Positions 57,269 through 64,000 of a stretch of 64,000 bases of DNA are shown here, piece after piece. Position 1 is the stretch's first letter, and the number at the start of each line of letters is the position of its first letter. Position numbers and translations under genes: made by a program. The stretch is from Eledone cirrhosa. Lineage: Eukaryota. The stretch spans positions 244,962,001 through 245,026,000 of the forward strand of contig OZ024740.1 in NCBI GenBank assembly GCA_964016885.1, read 5' to 3'. Under the pieces are notes generated by a model. The model ran no database searches, was not told the origin of the DNA, and worked only from the letters and a program-made list of their open reading frames with translations.

Positions 57269-57270
<2 letters not shown>
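56256..57270 (+). mobile_element. 647-nt unit in ~1.55 tandem copies with a hammerhead-like core
   Basis: Repeat offset 647 (56333 vs 56980). CTGAAGA at 56873, GTAAATCC/GGATTTGC helix II, GAAAC-TTAGCGCTGA-T-GTT; helix I pairs poorly. Confidence 0.7.
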
Positions 57271-57337
<67 letters not shown>

Positions 57338-57660
57338 TTGTTTCTTTCTTTCTCTCCCCCATATTTTTCTCTCTCTCTTTCTCTCTCTCGTAATCATTTA
57401 AAAAGCTTAAGAAATGAGTGTTCGCCTGTAGTTCCACTACTCATTTCCCATCTGTTAACATGAGAAAAAAGAAAAACAATGTATTCATTGGGCTTCTAGT
57501 AAACTGTGGTTGAGAGTTCCCTATGACAATATCAGAAACATACTTATTTTAGATGTTTTCTTAGTGAAAAAGCTTAAAGGAATCATTTTGCACGGCTAAA
57601 AGTGAGGGAGAGCGTGATGCTTCAATCGATCTTATATGTATATACACGCACACAAACACA

Positions 57661-57785
<125 letters not shown>

Positions 57786-57867
57786 TAAACAACCAAAACA
57801 CAGGAAGCAATTTTACACAGTTATATTAGGTTCACGCTTGGAGGAAGGGGAGGAAGTTTCAACGTTT

Positions 57868-57930
<63 letters not shown>

Positions 57931-57933
<3 letters not shown>

Positions 57934-58240
57934 TATGTAATAAACAGCATAAGATAATTATTTCATTTACCAGTGGTTTCTTGAAAGCAAACAAAATTTG
58001 CTTTCAGTCATCAGAATGAAAAAATCCTGGTGTATTTATTGACAGTGGTTTTTAAAATCCACTGTCAATAAATACACCAGGATTTTTCATTCTGATGACT
58101 GAAAGCAAATTTTGTTTGCTTTCAAGAAACCACTGGTAAATGAAATAATTATCTTATCTTGTTTATTACATAACTAATAAGCTCTGTAACCTACATTGAG
58201 CACTCTTTTTTCCTGGACCTTTCCGTCGGAATTACTTCAC

Positions 58241-58245
<5 letters not shown>
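57931..58245. mobile_element. fold-back pLTR-like insert with a hammerhead in each arm
   Basis: Arms 57931-58048 / 58058-58176; (TA)n at both ends. Confidence 0.85.
58085..58145 (+). ncRNA. canonical type I hammerhead (inverted copy at 57961-58021)
   Basis: TTTCATT-CTGATGA-C-TGAAAGCAAA-ttttg-TTTGCTTTCA-A-GAAAC-CACTG-GTA-AATGAAA. Confidence 0.88.
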
Positions 58246-58296
<51 letters not shown>

Positions 58297-58304
<8 letters not shown>

Positions 58305-60472
58305 TCCTTCATCAGTGATCTTCCAACCGTCATTGGTATTTCTTCGCATTAAAGATCATATACCTCTGGTTGGTCCGAGCAATAACTAAAGAATGTTAAA
58401 GTGAGCGAGACATGTAAACAAATAGAGATGGTAATGCAACAGAAAGAGAGGAAGAGGAGAAACAAGTCCGTGATATCTGGTTAAGATTCAGTCATGGTAG
58501 TGAATATGATATGACAAGATTCAATATTCATATACCTTAAGATTGAGACAAGAAAAAATTTACATATAATACAGAGGGTGCGTGTGAGAAAGCTTAAAAA
58601 TACATATTAGCAATTTACATAACTGTTAGAGATTCAAATAATTTAAATTATTGAAGAAAGAAGAAAGAAAGAAGAAAGACAGAGAGAAACAGATGAGGAA
58701 AAAATATAGTTACTAGAAGTATAGAAAGCAAAAGAGAATTGATCAAAGATAGAGAGACAAAAAGGAATAATTTTTATAGCATAAAGCTTAGATAAATACA
58801 TGAATATACATTTGGTCATAGCTTTGTGAAAGAGTAAACTCGAATCTTTGAATTATCTAGAAGTATCTATTAATCTAAATATTAAATATATCTGGGTGTA
58901 ATTATATGAGGGTTTAATTTCGAGTCCATAGTTAACTAGAAATATACTAACAATTAATTATATACACTATATATATCCAAACGTATCCGGCTGACCGTTA
59001 AATTTCGAATTCTTTATGTTAGTTCAGAATAATGAATTAATCTAAAGGTATAATATTTCAGGCTATACAAGTTTATAAATATCTATATTAATATTAAAGT
59101 TTACTAAGATATTTAATTTATAAAATCATATTTAAAGTATTTGCAAACATGAGAAAGAAACTTAGTATGTTCATCTACACGAAGGTAATCCATATTAAAT
59201 TATATTATCTAATATTATTTTCCTATATTAAAATAATTCTCATTATATAATTTAGAAAATAATTAGTTATAACTTTAAAAATTTTAAATTAACAATTAGA
59301 ATGCCATAAAATATCTAAAAGCCTTATAATTTAACTTAAAAAAGTTATTATTAAATTAGATATATGCATTTGTCTAAATATATACAAAGAGTATATTGTC
59401 TAAAGTTCAAGACGATATTAGTCAGTTATACATAACATAATATAATATAATATAATAAATAAGTTACTGTTAATATTGTTAAAATTAAGGTTTTAGATCA
59501 ATTATTATATTAGGATCATGTAATATATATATACTATAAACATTTCATGAATCATAAGGATACGAACCAGATTCAAAATAAATAAGTAAATTGTTTGCGA
59601 TCATATAAGTGCCAAATATTTAAGCTATATAATTTTAAAATACAAGAACATTTTTAAGGATCTATATTGTAGTATAATATCATATTTAAAGTGTCTGCAA
59701 ACATGGGAAAGAGAAAACTTAAGATTTTCATCGACCCGAAGGTAACCCGAATTTAATTAAATTTAAAAAATAATAATCGTTATATAATTTAGAAAATATT
59801 TAACAATTATAACACTAGAATGTCCTTAAGTATCTAAAGTACTTATAAATGTAGCTAGAAGCCTGTTATTGTTATAAAAATGTTCTTGTATTTTAAAATT
59901 ATATAGCTTAAATATTTGGCACTTTTATGATCGCAAACAATTTATTTATTTATTTTGAATCTGGTTTGTATCCTTATGATTCATGAAATTTTTTATTGTA
60001 TATATGTATTACATGATCCTAATATAATAATTGATCTAAAACCTTAATTTTAACAATATTAACAGTAACTTATTTATTATATTATATTATATTATGTTAT
60101 GTATAACTGACTAATATCGTCTTGAACTTTAGACAATATACTCTTTGTATATATTTAGACAAATGCATATATCTAATTTAATAATAACTTTTTTAAGTTA
60201 AATTATAAGGCTTTTAGATATTTTATGGCATTCTAATTGTTAATTTTAAATTTTTTAAGTTATAACTAATTATTTTCTAAATTATATAATGAGAATTATT
60301 TTAATATAGGAAAATAATATAAGATAATATAATTTAATATGGATTACCTTCGTGTAGATGAACATACTAAGTTTCTTTCCCATGTTTGCAAATACTTTAA
60401 ATATGATTTTATAAATTAAATATGTTAGTATACTTTAATATTAATATAGATATTTATAAACTTGTATAGCAT
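58297..60472. mobile_element. very AT-rich non-coding two-armed insertion
   Basis: 59062-59656 is mirrored at 59875-60470. The left end is homologous to 63838-63915; (TA)n at both ends. Confidence 0.7.
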
Positions 60473-60482
60473 ATTATATATG

Positions 60483-60635
<153 letters not shown>

Positions 60636-62027
60636 TAAAATAACAGATTAAAGTTTAAGCAAAGAATCGCTGCTTTCACCCTTAACGGGATCTTCTGAAA
60701 CTAACAAAGTCAATCTGTAAACGCAGAACTGGATATTTCAAAAAACGTTGCAACCGGAGGAAGACAGGAAGACGATATTTTGGTTCATGGTGACGTTCGC
60801 TGGCAAAGAACGGGAAAAAACGAATAATACGTCATTAATAGGAGCGGTGAAAAACAATTACGTGCAAGGACAGAACCACGTTTATGGTATAAAAGAGGTC
60901 GTAGACTAATGTTCTCTAAGTGGTGCATAGAGACGTTTTCTGGCAATGAACGAAAAAACGAAGATAATAAGTCATATGTGGAGCGTGGAGAACAATAGCA
61001 CGCAAAGACAAAACCACGTAAATGGTATAGCAGAAGTCGTAGACTAAAATTCTAACTAGGAGACCGAATGAATCTCCGCTACAGAGTTAAGAACAAAGTA
61101 AATAAATACAATACAGAAGTAATAGGAACAAATAAATACATACACGCAAACAGATACGTACATACACAAGCATACGCAAAACCTTACCATAGGTATACAA
61201 AACCACGCACATATAAATATGTGTATGTGTGTATGCTTGTGTACAAATAAATAAATAATTATATAAACGTATATAAGTAAATAAATACGTATATAACAAT
61301 CGCACACACATACCTACAAATAAATACATGAAGGTTCGGAGACGTAAGTCAACTAAAACAAGAAGTACACATATACACACACCCACCATACGTACGAACC
61401 TGCATACTCACGCAGACGCAAAACTCCCATATACACATAACCAAGCCCTAAATACCAGAATATGTAAAAATTATACGCCAAAACAGTCAAATATACGTAC
61501 GAGAAGGTATACATACCTTCACAAAACATACGGGTAATATATACTTACCTATGCAAAAAGTAAAGGAATAAACAAAACATATACTTAGCTCCCACATCAA
61601 GACGTAAATATCCACGTATAGATCGTGCTATCCGTTAGGGTATAACGTAGGGCTGTAATACAGGAAAGTTTTGTGCAATTTATGTTTACAAGCCGAAATT
61701 GCCTCAGATTTTTTGTTTAAGATGTGGTCTGTGGCGTAGAGTATTTCCAGGGCCTCGGCGGCGCAGAGGTCACATGGTCTTTTATTTCCGTTATACGATC
61801 TAACCCTAGCTAGGATCTCCCAGTGTAACTTATATTGGGTGTGGTTGTCTTTTAGACTCCAGATATAAGCTGAAAGTGACGTCATATTCCTTCTTAGAGG
61901 GTAACGAAAAGAATGGGTATGCATGTAAAGACGCTGCTTGAAACTATTGGCGGTTAACCCTATGTAGGCCCTACGGGACGTGGGTGTTACAACCTTACAT
62001 TTGTAGACAATGTTACTAGAGAGGCAT

Positions 62028-62489
62028 AGCCCTGTAGTTAGTACTAACTGTAATTGTAGGAATCGGGCTGATTGTCCCCTATCCGGGAAATGCCTCTCTA
62101 GTAACATTGTCTACAAATGTAAGGTTGTAACACCCACGTCCCGTAGGGCCTACATAGGGTTAACCGCCAATAGTTTCAAGCAGCGTCTTTACATGCATAC
62201 CCATTCTTTTCGTTACCCTCTAAGAAGGAATATGACGTCACTTTCAGCTTATATCTGGAGTCTAAAAGACAACCACACCCAATATAAGTTACACTGGGAG
62301 ATCCTAGCTAGGGTTAGATCGTATAACGGAAATAAAAGACCATGTGACCTCTGCGCCGCTGAGGCCCTGGAAATACTCTACGCCACAGACCACATCTTAA
62401 ACAAAAAATCTGAGGCAATTTCGGCTTGTAAACATAAATTGCACAAAACTTTCCTGTATTACAACCCTACGTTATACCCTAACGGATAG
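62028..62489 (+). pseudogene. 5'-truncated but uninterrupted PLE GIY-YIG endonuclease (mirror copy 61628-62027 on minus)
   Basis: NCNCRNRADCPLSGKCLSSNIVYKCKV..YIGLTANSFKQRLYMH..TSLSAYIWSLK..CDLCAAE..LNKKSE..CKH. Confidence 0.9.
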
Positions 62490-63415
62490 CACGATCTATA
62501 CGTGGATATTTACGTCTTGATGTGGGAGCTAAGTATATGTTTTGTTTATTCCTTTACTTATTTGCATAGGTAAGTATATATTACCCGTATGTTTTGTGAA
62601 GGTATGTATACCTTCTCGTACGTATATTTGACTGTTTTGGCGTATAATTTTTACATATTCTGGTATTTAGGGCTTGGTTATGTGTATATGGGAGTTTTGC
62701 GTCTGCGTGAGTATGCAGGTTCGTACGTATGGTGGGTGTGTGTATATGTGTACTTCTTGTTTTAGTTGACTTACGTCTCCGAACCTTCATGTATTTATTT
62801 GTAGGTATGTGTGTGCGATTGTTATATACGTATTTATTTACTTATATACGTTTATATAATTATTTATTTATTTGTACACAAGCATACACACATACACATA
62901 TTTATATGTGCGTGATTGTGTATACCTATGGTAAGGTTTTGCGTATGCTTGTGTATGTACGTATCTGTTTGCGTGTATGTATTTATTTGTTCCTATTACT
63001 TCTGTATTGTATTTATTTACTTTGTTCTTAACTCTGTAGCGGAGATTCATTCGGTCTCCTAGTTAGAATTTTAGTCTACGACTTCTGCTATACCATTTAC
63101 GTGGTTTTGTCTTTGCATGCTATTGTTCTCTACGCTCCACATATGACTTATTATCTTCGTTTTTTCGTTCATTGCCAGAGAACGTCTCTATGCACCACTT
63201 AGAGAACATTAGTCTACGACCTCTTTTATACCATAAACGTGGTTCTGTCCTTGCACGTAATTGTTTTTCACCGCTCCTATTAATGACGTATTATTCGTTT
63301 TTTCCCGTTCTTTGCCAGCGAACGTCACCATGAACCAAAGTATCGTCTTCCTGTCTTCCTCCGGTTGCAACGTTTTTTGAAATATCCAGTTCTGCGTTTA
63401 CAGATTGACTTTGTT

Positions 63416-63466
63416 AGTTTCAGAAGATCCCGTTAAGGGTGAAAGCAGCGATTGTTTGCTTAAACT
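63416..63466 (+). ncRNA. hammerhead-like motif with CAGAAGA core (also 60652-60702 on minus and 45958-46008)
   Basis: AGTTT-CAGAAGA-TCCC-gttaa-GGGT-GAAAGCA..TGCTT-AAACT, with outer helix ACAGATTGA/TTAATCTGT. Confidence 0.6.
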
Positions 63467-63575
63467 TTAATCTGTTATTTTAATAAATATTTGCTCTTCG
63501 GTTCTTATATATTTGATATATATTTTCCTTATCGAGCCCTCTCTGGATTTTAGTCTTCAATTTTATTATTATTAC

Positions 63576-63712
<137 letters not shown>

Positions 63713-64000
63713 CGAATTTAAATTCATAGAAATCTGGGACTTGTCTCTTTCTTCATCACTTTCTGTTGCTTCACCATTTTGTTTGTTTACCCTCGCGTCC
63801 CCTTCATTTACGTGTCCCAACGACTTTTTTTAGCCGTTGCTCGCACCAACCGGAGGTATATGGTCTTTAAAGCGATGAAATTCCTATGATGGTTGGAAGA
63901 CCACTGATGAAGAACAAACTTTTTTCATATGTAACCCATTTGCAACTCCGCAGCGTCCTTATTATCATATATATATATATATATATACACCATTATATAT

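Noticed and set aside
62010-62489. Stand-alone 159-aa GIY-YIG gene pair
   Set aside because: The ATG comes from the inverted arm across the junction. These are 5'-truncated PLE ends, not independent genes.

Overview
Eukaryotic, repeat-saturated window with no recognisable host gene; the SINEs and microsatellites look cephalopod (octopus-like), which is an inference. Most long ORFs in the track are microsatellite artefacts. It holds large (CAC)n, (GTGTA)n, (TA)n and (CAA)n tracts, tRNA-derived SINEs, and decayed LINEs (CRE-like, RTE, Tx1/L1-like, R4/Dong-like). It also holds several Penelope-like elements (PLEs; RT and/or GIY-YIG) sitting in (TA)n. The main signal is non-coding: by manual folding I find about ten distinct hammerhead-ribozyme (HHR) families. 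These include a 5.2 kb array of near-identical 310-bp units carrying 16 intact type I hammerheads, whose orientation flips mid-array, and circularly permuted 425-647 nt units, one with a U3-A8 core variant. Most insertions share one architecture: two divergent arms of the same RNA, with both outer ends fused to (TA)n. This suggests PLE-mobilised, ribozyme-processed (probably circular) RNAs inserted by twin priming or fold-back at TA microsatellites. All folds were done by eye; no activity or database search was tested.
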